Positions 19,423-30,139 of a DNA stretch of 64,000 bases are shown in pieces. This DNA comes from an uncultured Nitrososphaeraceae archaeon (GTDB taxonomy: Archaea; Thermoproteota; Nitrososphaeria; Nitrososphaerales; Nitrososphaeraceae), in NCBI GenBank assembly GCA_963779615.1, contig CAVZZA010000005.1:288001-352000 (forward strand), written 5' to 3'. Every line of letters begins with the position of its first letter. Positions within the stretch are counted from its first letter, which is position 1. Below the pieces are notes generated by a model, which worked only from the letters and a program-made list of their open reading frames with translations, was not told where the DNA came from and made no database searches. A program made the position numbers and the translations under genes.

Positions 19423-19773
19423 ATGAATAAAATTAACAGCCCATTTATCTATTTTATATTGATCTTTTTTAAATCCAAGAAAGAAATCCATTTAGATAAC
19501 CTAGATAATTCCGATTTTAATAAAAATTTACAGGAAATCATCAGAACAATAGAAGAATTCAGTGATGAGCAAAGAGAAATTGTGGAAAAATTCAGACATG
19601 AAATGGAAAAATTCACAGTCGAAAGATCTCTTGAAAGCTGTTTGCAGGCTTTGAATTTATCAATTCAACTAGCGAATACGAGAGAAATGATATTGGACGC
19701 ATACAAAAAATACTGCCTTTTGTTGGAAAATGATCTAAAAAAATTAATTGAAGAAAGAAAAAAGCAACTATGA
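19423..19773 (+). CDS. Hypothetical coiled-coil protein (start uncertain)
   Basis: 116-aa ORF with heptad-like helical C-terminal two-thirds. Confidence 0.6.
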   Translation: MNKINSPFIYFILIFFKSKKEIHLDNLDNSDFNKNLQEIIRTIEEFSDEQREIVEKFRHEMEKFTVERSLESCLQALNLSIQLANTREMILDAYKKYCLLLENDLKKLIEERKKQL

Positions 19774-19857
19774 ACCAGGTAGAGCAAATAAAAATACTCG
19801 TTTAATGAGATCAGGCATTTTTTTTATCAAATATCATTGGAATCACAAGCAACAAAA

Positions 19858-20730
19858 TCAATTAAATATAACTTTGTTTTTAATAGTACCCAATTTCTCA
19901 ATAGAAATTTCCACAACATCGTCATGTTTTAAATATCTCGGATCTTTCATAGACATAGCAACTCCTGCAGGAGTACCTGTAGATATTATGTCACCCGGTT
20001 CTATAGTTATCAAATTACTTAATGAAGATATTATTTTTCGTATGGGTATAACCATGTTGTTACTAGATGAATTCTGCCTTATCTCTCCGTTTACGGTAGT
20101 CACTATTTTCAATGACTGAGGGTCTGTTACTTCATCTTTAGTAGTTATCCACGGACCGCATGGAGCAAAAGTATCAATACTTTTGCCTCTCGTAAACTGC
20201 TTATCTCTGAACTGGATATCCCTTGCAGAAACATCATGAAAAATCATATAACCAAACACAGCATCTAATGATTCTTCTTCTGAAACTTTTTTTATTTTTT
20301 TACCCATAATTACGGCTATTTCTGCCTCATAATCAAGTCTTTTTACATATGAAGGCGAGATAACAGTTCCATGTGGTGAATTTAGTGCCGTTCTAGGCTT
20401 GAGAAAAATGACAGGTTCCTGTGAAGGGGTCAAACCCGCATCCCTTGCATGATCGTAATAATTAAAAGCAAGACAAATTATTTTAGGAGGGTTGGGAAGA
20501 GGAGTTAATAGTTCCACATCATCTATCCCAATATCGTATTCCAATTCATTTTGTTTATCCGCTATTTCCTCCAGCCAACCACCAAATAAGAAATCCTCTA
20601 CGCGTGGTGGTATAGGAATGCCTGTTTTTTCCTGAATCTGTTCTTTAATAATAAGTTTTTTTCCATCTTCAGAAACTATCCCATATGTCTCCATTGAATT
20701 TTTTAACCTCATTCTGGCAATTTTCATCAT
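19858..20730 (-). CDS. Fumarylacetoacetate hydrolase family protein
   Basis: KIICLAFNY, LDYEAE, DVSARD, GKSIDTFAPCGP, GDIISTGTPAG. Confidence 0.93.
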   Translation of the reverse strand: MMKIARMRLKNSMETYGIVSEDGKKLIIKEQIQEKTGIPIPPRVEDFLFGGWLEEIADKQNELEYDIGIDDVELLTPLPNPPKIICLAFNYYDHARDAGLTPSQEPVIFLKPRTALNSPHGTVISPSYVKRLDYEAEIAVIMGKKIKKVSEEESLDAVFGYMIFHDVSARDIQFRDKQFTRGKSIDTFAPCGPWITTKDEVTDPQSLKIVTTVNGEIRQNSSSNNMVIPIRKIISSLSNLITIEPGDIISTGTPAGVAMSMKDPRYLKHDDVVEISIEKLGTIKNKVIFN

Positions 20731-20733
20731 TTT

Positions 20734-22557
20734 TCACCTATGAGTAAAAATTGCAGTCGAGAAATCGTCTATTCTACAAAAACCATATCTAACAAACTGG
20801 ACAATGGTTCCGATTTTGAGTTGGGATAAATATAATTCAGACAATCCCTCCTCAATAATTAAATTATTTTCATTATAGTGTTCACCTTTATACAGTGGTA
20901 ACGGTTTTAATATTTTAAATTTCATCGAATTGTTTTTTGATATCCATTGGATTTTTTGAATATTATGAAATAGGCTATTTCCTATGTTTTTGGCCTCAAT
21001 AATTTTGGTATTGTTTTCTTTTTTGTTGGGAACATCAACATGAGTAATTTCTATATTGCAAAGATCCATTAACCTTACTGTATCTCCAATTTTTAGTTTA
21101 ACTGCATCATCGTTAGATATATAAATTATTTTTTCAACATTCATCTTCCTTTTCCCCATCTCCAAAGTAGGGTGATTTTTTATTTCCACAAACTCAAGAT
21201 CAAGTTCATCTATGTGCAATTCAACAGGATCTTTTACAAAGAATAATCTTAGGGATGATGAATCCAGCATTTTTCTGTTGAAAGATTCTAGAACTTCAAT
21301 AGAGGGTTTTGTTTCAGATAAAGTAATACTAAGTGATAGTACGAATTTTCTAATGGCTTCAGGCAAAATACCCCTTCTTTTTAATCCAATCAAAGTAGGG
21401 AGCCTTGGATCATCCCATCTTTGTATTACACCCTTCTCTATTAATGGAGTTATTTTTCTTTTAGAAACAGGAATTCCCTCAAATTCCAACCTTGAAAATT
21501 CTATTAATTGGGGTTTCCTCATGCCTAAATCAGACAGAATCGCAAAATAGAGTTCATTTCTCAATTCATACTCTTTTGTTCTAAATGCATGTGTAACACC
21601 ATCCAAACTATCCTCAACAGGAGCAGCAAAATCATAAGTGGGCCATAAAAAATATTTATTTTCCAGTCTTGGGTGGGAATCATCAATTATCCGGAAAAGT
21701 GTTGGATCCCTCATAGCAGTATTCAAACTCATCATATCGCCACGATAACGCACTATGACTTGATTTTGTCGATATTTACCTAAAATCATATTATCAAATT
21801 TATTCAAATTTATGTCCACTTCATTTACTCTACAAATACAAGGCGTCCCATTAGAGCGATTAATTTTAATTAAATCTGAACTGCATTCACAAACATAGGC
21901 ACAATTTTTTTTGACAAGTTTTTTACCATAATCATATAACATCTCCAAGTCGTCAGAAGTGTTTTTTATAATAGAGGGTTTGACTTTTAACCACTCCAGT
22001 CCCTCCGATATAGCTTTATAATATTCAATCTTTTCTTTAGACGGATTTGTATCATCGAACCGTAAAATAAGTTTACCACCATACATTCTTGCATATTCTT
22101 CATCAATAATTGCAGCCTTGGCATGCCCAATATGCGGGTAGCCATTTGGCTCAGGAGGAAACCTAGTAACAACATTACCATAATTGGCTTTGATTAATGG
22201 AGGAAGGTCAAAAGATTGATCACTAAAAGATTTTTTTTCATGTATGTTATTTTTATTATCTATTTTAAAGATGGTTCGATCAATACCCTGAGTAGAATCA
22301 TTTAGATAATGATTAGAGGTTTCCATGATTTTACCATAAAGAGTATTCTTTTCGTCAAAAGATAATGAAGATAAGTCAGAGATAATTTTTTTTATCTCAG
22401 GAACAAGATTTTTAATATCAATGCTACCTTTTGAGATCTTTGAAAAAGAAAATGTTTTCGAGACTACAACATCAAATTTTATATTGTTGTTAAAATCTAA
22501 TGCGTTTTTTAACGATATTAATTTAATTGTATTTATCAGCTTTTCATCAGTTATCAA
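20734..22557 (-). CDS. gltX: Glutamyl-tRNA synthetase
   Basis: RFPPEPNGYPHIGH, RFDDTNP, VSKRK, WDDPRLPT, QFVRYGF. Confidence 0.95.
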   Translation of the reverse strand: MITDEKLINTIKLISLKNALDFNNNIKFDVVVSKTFSFSKISKGSIDIKNLVPEIKKIISDLSSLSFDEKNTLYGKIMETSNHYLNDSTQGIDRTIFKIDNKNNIHEKKSFSDQSFDLPPLIKANYGNVVTRFPPEPNGYPHIGHAKAAIIDEEYARMYGGKLILRFDDTNPSKEKIEYYKAISEGLEWLKVKPSIIKNTSDDLEMLYDYGKKLVKKNCAYVCECSSDLIKINRSNGTPCICRVNEVDINLNKFDNMILGKYRQNQVIVRYRGDMMSLNTAMRDPTLFRIIDDSHPRLENKYFLWPTYDFAAPVEDSLDGVTHAFRTKEYELRNELYFAILSDLGMRKPQLIEFSRLEFEGIPVSKRKITPLIEKGVIQRWDDPRLPTLIGLKRRGILPEAIRKFVLSLSITLSETKPSIEVLESFNRKMLDSSSLRLFFVKDPVELHIDELDLEFVEIKNHPTLEMGKRKMNVEKIIYISNDDAVKLKIGDTVRLMDLCNIEITHVDVPNKKENNTKIIEAKNIGNSLFHNIQKIQWISKNNSMKFKILKPLPLYKGEHYNENNLIIEEGLSELYLSQLKIGTIVQFVRYGFCRIDDFSTAIFTHR

Positions 22558-22563
22558 ATTTTA

Positions 22564-23571
22564 TTATAATCTCCTTTCAACTATGTATCTAGCCGATTTT
22601 TCCAAAGATAAAAGCGGTTCGGAGGTATCATATTTATGCAATATTTTAAATGCATCATCAATGAAATTCCGGGCAAGAGATCGAACATCTTTGTCTACAC
22701 CGATCATAGCGATCCTATTTACAACTTCGTTAATAGACTCATCACTTGCACTTTTTTTTCCAAATACTTTTTCTAATTTTATTTTATCGTCAGAGTCAAG
22801 GTTTTGGATTGCTAAAAGAATAGGAAATGTTTTTTTCCCCTCTCTGATATCGTTACCCACGGCTTTTCCTGTTATTTTAGAATCACCATAAATACCTATC
22901 AAATCATCTATTAACTGAAAGGCAACCCCAATTTTTTTCCCGTAATTCGAAAGATTTTCAACATCCATTTTACAGTGGTTAGGAGAAGACAATGCTCCAA
23001 GTTCACATGAAACCTTAAACAAAGCTGCTGTTTTTTTCCCTATCATATCAATATATCCCTCTTTGGATGGAAAATCCCTATCCATTGACATTTTAATATC
23101 CAATGCCTGACCTTCACATATTTCGATACATGTTGAAGATAAAAGATGCATCATTTTTAGTAAATTTTCACTCGATATTCCAGTCTCTTTTCCATAATGT
23201 GAAATAATCTGAAAAGCTTTAGAAAAAAGAATATCACCAGATAAGATAGCAACTGGGACCCCAAATTGCCTATGTACTGAAGCGACATTATGTCTTAAAT
23301 TATCATTATCCATAATATCGTCATGGACTAAAGTAAAATTATGAATCAATTCAACAGAAGAAGCATATGGTATTGATGTTTCTATATTTCCTCCAAACAG
23401 CTGACAAGATTTAACAGACATGAATGGTCGTATTCTTTTTCCACCGCTTTTGATATAATGTAAAGACGCATCATAAAGGTGGTTAGGGTTGCCAGAGACA
23501 TTAGAAAGAATAAACTGATTTATTTTTGAAGCAATAAAATTAATCTCAGTTCTTATTTCTTCTGCGCTCAT
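22564..23571 (-). CDS. idsA: Geranylgeranyl diphosphate synthase (polyprenyl synthetase)
   Basis: GGKRIRP, FTLVHDDIMD (FARM), GQALD, FQLIDDLIG, EGKKT. Confidence 0.92.
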   Translation of the reverse strand: MSAEEIRTEINFIASKINQFILSNVSGNPNHLYDASLHYIKSGGKRIRPFMSVKSCQLFGGNIETSIPYASSVELIHNFTLVHDDIMDNDNLRHNVASVHRQFGVPVAILSGDILFSKAFQIISHYGKETGISSENLLKMMHLLSSTCIEICEGQALDIKMSMDRDFPSKEGYIDMIGKKTAALFKVSCELGALSSPNHCKMDVENLSNYGKKIGVAFQLIDDLIGIYGDSKITGKAVGNDIREGKKTFPILLAIQNLDSDDKIKLEKVFGKKSASDESINEVVNRIAMIGVDKDVRSLARNFIDDAFKILHKYDTSEPLLSLEKSARYIVERRL

Positions 23572-24709
23572 AATTACCTAATACATTAGCTAATTTATCT
23601 GTCAATATATACCTTGTATTTTTAAGCGACAATATATCTTTTGCACCCAATAAGAACATGGTTGCTTTTATTTCAGATAATACTAACTGAGTATATTTCT
23701 CTAACTCTTCTTCGGATTCAGCAGCTTTCTTTAAAAAAGGATATGCCATTGCACACATATTAGAGCCTATTATCAAGCACTTTGCAATTTCCAAACCATT
23801 CCTTAACCCCCCTGATGCGATAATAGGTATATCAACAGATTTTGAAACTAATAAAATACTTAACGCTGTAGGAATTCCCCAGTCCCAGAAAAGATCACCT
23901 AATTCAGACTTGATATAGTTATTGTGCAGATGGGCCCTTATTTTTTCAATACCAGCCCAACTTGTACCTCCTGAACCAGCAACATTAATCGATCGAACTC
24001 CAGAATTTTCTAACCGTATTGCAACATCATCAGATATACCAGATCCAACTTCTTTTACAATAATAGGGATTTCAATGTCATTTACCAAATTAGTAATTCT
24101 CTGTAATATTCCCTTAAACCGTGGTTCTCCTTCAGGCTGTATTAATTCCTGGAGAGGATTAAGATGAATAGCCAATGCATTAGCATCGATCATCTTGACG
24201 ATTTTTAAAACATCAGAATTTGACAAACCCTCTGATAACTGTGCACCACCTATATTAGCTATTAGAAATGCACTTGGAGCAACTTTTCTAGCAATGGAGT
24301 AACTCTCAACAAGTTTTTCACTTTTTAATCCAGCTCTTTGGCTCCCTAGACCCATGCCAAGCCCGTATCTTTCTGCAATTTGACCAAGTCGTTTATTTAT
24401 TGAAAATGCTTCATCAGTTCCCCCAGTCATTGAGTCAATTATCAAAGGAGCAGAAAAAGACTTGTTTAAGAAAGTAGTTCCAAGATCTATTTCATCAAAA
24501 TTAATCTCAGGTAATGCATTATGAAAAAGTTTGACATACTCTAAACATGTGGAATTCCGTTTGCCTTGTACATTTTCCTTTAGAGGAATTTCTATTCCTT
24601 CTCTTTTACGTCTCTTGATTTGCTCTACATAATCACTATCATCATCATTTCTATTCGGCGTGTTATGCGGTCTTTGTTCAATGTTGTCATCCCCACTACC
24701 CAAAGTCAT
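23546..24709 (-). CDS. fni: Type 2 isopentenyl-diphosphate delta-isomerase
   Basis: SMTGG, GSQRA, HLNPLQE, VKEVGSG, GGTSW, WGIPT, ASGGLR. Confidence 0.95.
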   Translation of the reverse strand: MTLGSGDDNIEQRPHNTPNRNDDDSDYVEQIKRRKREGIEIPLKENVQGKRNSTCLEYVKLFHNALPEINFDEIDLGTTFLNKSFSAPLIIDSMTGGTDEAFSINKRLGQIAERYGLGMGLGSQRAGLKSEKLVESYSIARKVAPSAFLIANIGGAQLSEGLSNSDVLKIVKMIDANALAIHLNPLQELIQPEGEPRFKGILQRITNLVNDIEIPIIVKEVGSGISDDVAIRLENSGVRSINVAGSGGTSWAGIEKIRAHLHNNYIKSELGDLFWDWGIPTALSILLVSKSVDIPIIASGGLRNGLEIAKCLIIGSNMCAMAYPFLKKAAESEEELEKYTQLVLSEIKATMFLLGAKDILSLKNTRYILTDKLANVLGNYERRRNKN

Positions 24710-25548
24710 TCAATACTTCTCTCCTCTTGCTTCTGCTGCCCCTGCATTTTTATTGATGTACCAATAAAATCACTACCATTAATTATATCAATCATTCTTT
24801 CAGGATAAAAGCCATTAATCAAATAAACTGGAATTCCAGATTGTACAATGTTGATCGATTCAGATATTTTTCTTTTCATCCCCCCCGTAACGTCAAACGA
24901 CATATCTGAAAACTCAATTCTATTATCCATAGCATTTAAAAGTTCTTTATTTTTATTTAGTATAATATTCGAGAGCAAATTGCCATTTTCAAGAGTTCCA
25001 TAAATACCATCCACATTTGTTGTGAAAATTGAAAATCGGGGATTCAAATTGACTGACAATATATTCATTAATGTATCACCCGACAAAATCGAGAAATTTC
25101 CTTTAGACGTATGAACAACGTCACCATATGTGATAGGGATTATATTATTATTTTGGATCATTTCCATCATATCCAAAACTCGTTCTTTGCATGGTAGATT
25201 GTTAAAAACAAAAGATGATGCATGAATGCAAAAAGGTTTTAACTCATTAGAGATAAACTTTTCAACTACGATATGATTCAATTTTATCATTGACTCTCGA
25301 ACTCTGATAACACCTTCATCTTGATATGTAAAAGGCTGTGTGTGCATGTCATATTTAACGGACCAATAGTGTCCAAAAGATCCTCCACCATGAACAATAA
25401 TAATTTTATATCGTTTTTTTAGTTCTTTAATAATATTAGCCATTTTTTCGATAGCTTGATAATTAGGCGAAAGAGGCTTTTCTTTAAAAGTAATTACAGA
25501 ACCTCCCAATTTAATAATGATAAGATCATTGTTTTTTAAACTATCCAA
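24706..25548 (-). CDS. ipk: Isopentenyl phosphate kinase
   Basis: IKLGGSVIT, VHGGGSFGH, ILSGD, DVTGGM; located between mvk and fni. Confidence 0.92.
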   Translation of the reverse strand: MDSLKNNDLIIIKLGGSVITFKEKPLSPNYQAIEKMANIIKELKKRYKIIIVHGGGSFGHYWSVKYDMHTQPFTYQDEGVIRVRESMIKLNHIVVEKFISNELKPFCIHASSFVFNNLPCKERVLDMMEMIQNNNIIPITYGDVVHTSKGNFSILSGDTLMNILSVNLNPRFSIFTTNVDGIYGTLENGNLLSNIILNKNKELLNAMDNRIEFSDMSFDVTGGMKRKISESINIVQSGIPVYLINGFYPERMIDIINGSDFIGTSIKMQGQQKQEERSIE

Positions 25549-25629
25549 CTTGATTTAAGATATGTATTCATTTAATTAATATTTGGCTATAATATAAAAT
25601 GACAGTTTCAAATGATTTAACATTCACCA

Positions 25630-26676
25630 CTAATTATTATTGAAATTAGGGATTTTTTCCAATTTAAAGCCATCACCTTCCGGACTTACAAAAAAATAGT
25701 TTAGCTTAAGTTCATCCAACCTTTTCAATAACCGGAATACAAGAGTCTGCTCATTTTTATCTATTAATGATAATACACATCCTCCACCGCCAGATCCTGT
25801 AATTTTTGTACCAAAAGTTCCCCCTGCTTGGCAAATATTTACGACTTTATCTATAATTGAATTGGAAATAGACAGTTGCTTTAAAATAGAATGATTCTCA
25901 TTCATCAATACACCCATTTTTTCCAAATTTTTACTTTTTAAGGAATTTATGGAATATTTATAAATTCCGACATATTCTTTGCACAAAAAACTAAACAATT
26001 TGTGATCGTTATCTTTAATTTTTTTTACTTTTGCAATCATTTCAAATGTATCGTGTGAGATACCGGAGTTTATAATTAGAAATGGTAAATCATGAATATC
26101 GATACGAAGTTTTTTAAAACCAGATATTCTATTATAGACACCAATGCCCCCAAAAGTACAAACACTACAATCTACACCCGAAATTTTTTGATTAATGACT
26201 CTTTCAGCCTCAATAGATTTTTCACAAATGAACTTTTTACCTATTTTTTTATTCAAACCATAATAAAAAGCACCAACTACTGATACACAAAATGCAGATG
26301 ACGAGCCTAAGCCTCCACCTATTGGAATTTCTGAGTTAATATAAATAGTTAGATCTTGATTATCTTTATTATTATTAGTATTATCCTTATTGGTATTCAT
26401 TAGATACCCTATTATTTTAATTAAATTTTTAACAATAGTAAGATTTGTTGATGAATTATTGGAAACAGTTATTTTTGAATTATCAACCTCTGCATTAAAA
26501 CCTAAATTAGAAAAAACTCTTATTTTATTTTTATATGAATTTTCAAAATTAATTCTTATTTTTAACTTTTTATTGATAGCAAAAATAATTGAAGAATAAC
26601 CATACACCACAAAATGTTCTCCAAAAAGTATGGTTTTACCGGGCGAAGTTGACACTATATTATTCAAGGTAACCAT
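25630..26676 (-). CDS. mvk: Mevalonate kinase
   Basis: PGKTILFGEHFVVYG, PIGGGLGSSSA, SGVD, KITGSGGGGC. Confidence 0.93.
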   Translation of the reverse strand: MVTLNNIVSTSPGKTILFGEHFVVYGYSSIIFAINKKLKIRINFENSYKNKIRVFSNLGFNAEVDNSKITVSNNSSTNLTIVKNLIKIIGYLMNTNKDNTNNNKDNQDLTIYINSEIPIGGGLGSSSAFCVSVVGAFYYGLNKKIGKKFICEKSIEAERVINQKISGVDCSVCTFGGIGVYNRISGFKKLRIDIHDLPFLIINSGISHDTFEMIAKVKKIKDNDHKLFSFLCKEYVGIYKYSINSLKSKNLEKMGVLMNENHSILKQLSISNSIIDKVVNICQAGGTFGTKITGSGGGGCVLSLIDKNEQTLVFRLLKRLDELKLNYFFVSPEGDGFKLEKIPNFNNN

Positions 26677-26691
26677 ATCCGTTCAACAACA

Positions 26692-27570
26692 TCACAACAT
26701 CAATAGAGAAGAATAACCCACAACAGAGGATTTGTTTCCATCAACATCACCACTAGTTAGATATTTCAATAAAACCACATCAGAATTTCTCATCATTTTC
26801 GAAAATTCCATAGATGTTGCGATACATCCATACCCACACACAGTCATTACATTATCCTCAAAAGTTTTATAAAATGAATCAATATTCAAAGATAATATAT
26901 CCGATATCAAGCGGTTGTCTTTTTTATAACACTCTTCATAACACAGATAATGTGAAAAATTTGAAGTTACAATTAAAACAACGTTTTCCTCTTTAGGTAC
27001 AACCATACTTAATGTTTCTGCTAATTTAACAGAAGCGCATTTATCTTGAGTTCTTTGCAATATTGGTACAAACTTGAAATCATTTTTTTTTATATGCTGT
27101 AAAAAAGGCAACTGAGTTTCAATGGCATGATCTATAGTCAAAGAAAAAGGGTCAACACTAATAAAACCATTAAAACAATTATCTAACAAATTTATGCTCA
27201 ATTCTTCATTAATTGATATGTTACCAAGCGGCGTACTCCAAATACCTTTATCCATGGTGGATATACCAGGGCTAGTTCCATAATGATCTGGTGCTAAAAT
27301 TATAAAATTATTACACTCTATTAAACTTATCAGATAATAAACTAGAGCGGAAACGTGTCCAGAAAAACAATATGATCCATGAGGAACTATAAATGTCAAT
27401 ATTTTTTTAAATTTAATATATTTTGCAACAATATCTATAATTTTTCTTTCTTTGGACGATTCATCGATTTGATGAAAGAATTTATTTATTGTAGAAATTA
27501 TTTCTGAGTTGGTTTTAGGATAGAAAATCCCATTATAATGATGTTCTCTTGTTAAAACACCATCTTTCAA
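26692..27570 (-). CDS. MEMO1 family protein (AmmeMemoRadiSam protein B)
   Basis: GIFYP, VPHGSYCFSG, DHAIETQLPF, SNFSHY, CGYG, SVVGYS; conserved position after rps2. Confidence 0.88.
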   Translation of the reverse strand: MKDGVLTREHHYNGIFYPKTNSEIISTINKFFHQIDESSKERKIIDIVAKYIKFKKILTFIVPHGSYCFSGHVSALVYYLISLIECNNFIILAPDHYGTSPGISTMDKGIWSTPLGNISINEELSINLLDNCFNGFISVDPFSLTIDHAIETQLPFLQHIKKNDFKFVPILQRTQDKCASVKLAETLSMVVPKEENVVLIVTSNFSHYLCYEECYKKDNRLISDILSLNIDSFYKTFEDNVMTVCGYGCIATSMEFSKMMRNSDVVLLKYLTSGDVDGNKSSVVGYSSLLML

Positions 27571-28398
27571 ATAACTTCTTCCACTAACTTGGCTTCAAAG
27601 TCATCTATTGCAAGGGGCATATCAGAATCGGATTTGATTTTGCCTTGTTTCTTTAAAACTTCTTTTGTCAATAGCCAATACACCGTAGCTAATGCTTTTC
27701 TTCCTCTGTTATTAGTGGGGATAACCACATCAACTTTTGAGGTAATGTTATCACTGTTAGATAATGCGATAACCGGAACACCTGCCCTAGTTGCTTCTAG
27801 GACCTGCTTGTTCATCAGCCTGAGGATCTGTTACTATAACAATTTCAGGTTCCAAATATTTTGGCAATGAAGGATTAGTGAATGTTCCGGGCATAAATCG
27901 ACCGAATATTCCCCTTGCACCAGTTAACTCACAAAATTTTTCAATTGGAGTTTTACCATACTCTCTTGAAGATGTCACTGCCACATTGGCAATATTTGTT
28001 CTTCCTATAAATTTAGCAGCAACATCAATTCGTGCCAAAGTTTTGCTAATGTCAAGAATATACAACCCCTCCGGATTAGCGCGTGTTATAAAAGACGACA
28101 TAAACTTAGTTTTTATAGGAGTTCCCACCCTAATTCCTGTAGATAATATCATTTTTTCTAAGTTATTAGGGTCCTCTATCGAATCGGAATTTTCAGTTTC
28201 AGAATTAGGTAAATTTGATGACGGCGATTCGATAGAGTCTGATGAAATATCTTTTGATGGGGATGAGGTAATTTGCGAATTAGTTTCATTTTCTGTTTCA
28301 CTATATGTTGTATTTTCATACTCATTAACAGAACTATTCTCATATTTTTCCTGTTCATAATTACTGGAAGAGCTAGAATCGGAATTTTGTTCAATCAT
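27567..28398 (-). CDS. rps2: 30S ribosomal protein S2 (single 1-nt frameshift near 27804, likely sequence error)
   Basis: GRFMPGTFTNP, VTDPQADEQA continues in another frame as VLEATRAGVPVIAL...PTNNRGRKAL; extra G in GCAGGTC. Confidence 0.9.
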
Positions 28399-28399
28399 T

Positions 28400-29656
28400 T
28401 TATATATTGCTCCATTTAGCCATTCCTTCTATTAAACCATACTCTGAAATTCGTATTAACTCATTTAACTTGGCAATTCTTTCGCCGCCAACTACACCTG
28501 ACTTTAACATAAACGAATTCGTAGCTATGGCAATATGAGCGATATGACTATCTATCGACTCCCCAGATCGATGGGAGGTAACTATTTTGATATTATTGTC
28601 ACCGCATTCTTTCGCAAACAATAATGCATCATAAAGCGATCCAGCCTGGTTTACCTTTAAAATCGCCCCAGAACATGAATGCTTTTCTGCAGCAATTTTA
28701 ACCCTATCCTTATTTGTTACCAATAGATCGTCGCCAGCAACAATGCATCGAGGATTTTTCTTGGTCAATTCCGACATTCCGTCAAAATCTTCTTCATGCA
28801 GTGGATCCTCAGCATAAATTAAGTCATATCGTTTAATCAAGGAATCAGCATATTCTAATTGATCGTTAGTATCACGGATTTTCCCATGTCTTTTGTACTC
28901 ATATACATTATTTTGAGAGTTCCACAAAGATGAACTTGCAAAGTCTATTCCTAAACGGACATCATTTTTAACGTTATAACCGCAATTTTTGACGGTTTGT
29001 TCTAAAATCTCAACAGCTTTATCATTATTAATATTTGGTGCCCAAGCACCCTCATCGCCCTTTCCGCCCGTGAACTTTGAGTCAAGTTTTTCTAGGTCTT
29101 TTTTTAATTCTTTATGAATTTTTGAGTTTATATCCAATGCTTCAAAGATAGATTTAGCGCCAACAGGTAAGACTAAAAATTCTTGTAGATCAGGAGTTCC
29201 AGGTCCGGCATGTGCACCTCCGCCTAACATATTTCCTAATGGGAATGGAAAATTTATTTTGTCTAACTTTGGGTTTAACACTTTATAAAATGGTAGATTA
29301 AGGGATTTTGAAGCAGAATCAATACAAGATATTGTAAGAGCATATGCCATAGAGCCGCCAATTGTTGAATAGTTTGCAGATGTGTCATGTCCTCTCAAAG
29401 TTTCATGTATGGTATTCAAATCATCAGATTCTAAGCCTATAAATTTTTTTTTTACATCTCTAAAAACTTCAATAGTTTTCCTGGGATCATTGTTAACGAA
29501 GCTTTGGGCTTCATACATACCAACACTGGCGCCGGATGGTGCACATGCCCTGCCAAGAAACTGATTATCTGAAACAACATCTACTTCAACGGTTTTATCA
29601 CCACGGCTATTAAAGACTATTCTTTCATTGATTGATGTTATTTTAGGCATTTTCAT
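28400..29656 (-). CDS. eno: Enolase
   Basis: NSRGDKTVEV, PSGASVG, GDEG, EDP, GDDL, LKVNQAG, SHRSGE, ERIAKLNELIRI. Confidence 0.95.
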   Translation of the reverse strand: MKMPKITSINERIVFNSRGDKTVEVDVVSDNQFLGRACAPSGASVGMYEAQSFVNNDPRKTIEVFRDVKKKFIGLESDDLNTIHETLRGHDTSANYSTIGGSMAYALTISCIDSASKSLNLPFYKVLNPKLDKINFPFPLGNMLGGGAHAGPGTPDLQEFLVLPVGAKSIFEALDINSKIHKELKKDLEKLDSKFTGGKGDEGAWAPNINNDKAVEILEQTVKNCGYNVKNDVRLGIDFASSSLWNSQNNVYEYKRHGKIRDTNDQLEYADSLIKRYDLIYAEDPLHEEDFDGMSELTKKNPRCIVAGDDLLVTNKDRVKIAAEKHSCSGAILKVNQAGSLYDALLFAKECGDNNIKIVTSHRSGESIDSHIAHIAIATNSFMLKSGVVGGERIAKLNELIRISEYGLIEGMAKWSNI

Positions 29657-29892
29657 CCGTCCATTTCAGACTGTATCTCTGCCCTGCGTTTTCTCAAAGA
29701 TTCATAATATGGAATAACCTGGTATATTGTTTCTACGCTTGATATAAACATCCTTCTACAACAATATCGACTTATTTTCAATGCATCCATCACTTGATTA
29801 GGTTCCTCCCCCAATTTAATACGAGATATATATTCATTATAAATATGTGCAATTAATTTACCACAAGTAAAACATCTGACAGGAACAAGCAT
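29653..29892 (-). CDS. rpoN: DNA-directed RNA polymerase subunit N (Rpo10)
   Basis: MLVPVRCFTCGK...RYCCRRM; internal ATG at 29892. Confidence 0.95.
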   Translation of the reverse strand: MLVPVRCFTCGKLIAHIYNEYISRIKLGEEPNQVMDALKISRYCCRRMFISSVETIYQVIPYYESLRKRRAEIQSEMDG

Positions 29893-29992
29893 GCTTTTAA
29901 AAAAATAATTGCCTACATAAAAACCCTTCAACTTACAACCAATAATAATAGTGGGAATATTCAAATTAAACCTAAAATATAAGAAAAATGAA

Positions 29993-30077
29993 GCGGGAGT
30001 CGCCCAGCTTGGCCAAAGGCGTAAGGTTGAGGGCCTTATCCCTTAGGGGTTCGTGGGTTCAAATCCCATCTCCCGCA
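29993..30077 (+). tRNA. tRNA-Leu(GAG)
   Basis: GCGGGAG/CTCCCGC-A acceptor, anticodon arm TAAGG-TT-GAG-GG-CCTTA, long variable arm, GTGGG-TTCAAAT-CCCAT. Confidence 0.95.
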
Positions 30078-30139
30078 TCTATTTAAAAAAAAGCTAATAA
30101 AAAATAAACATAATTATAACAAATAAAAAAAGTTTAAAG

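Noticed and set aside
27780-27820. Programmed frameshift in rps2
   Set aside because: No slippery sequence; a single extra G in an assembly with many other indels is better explained as an error
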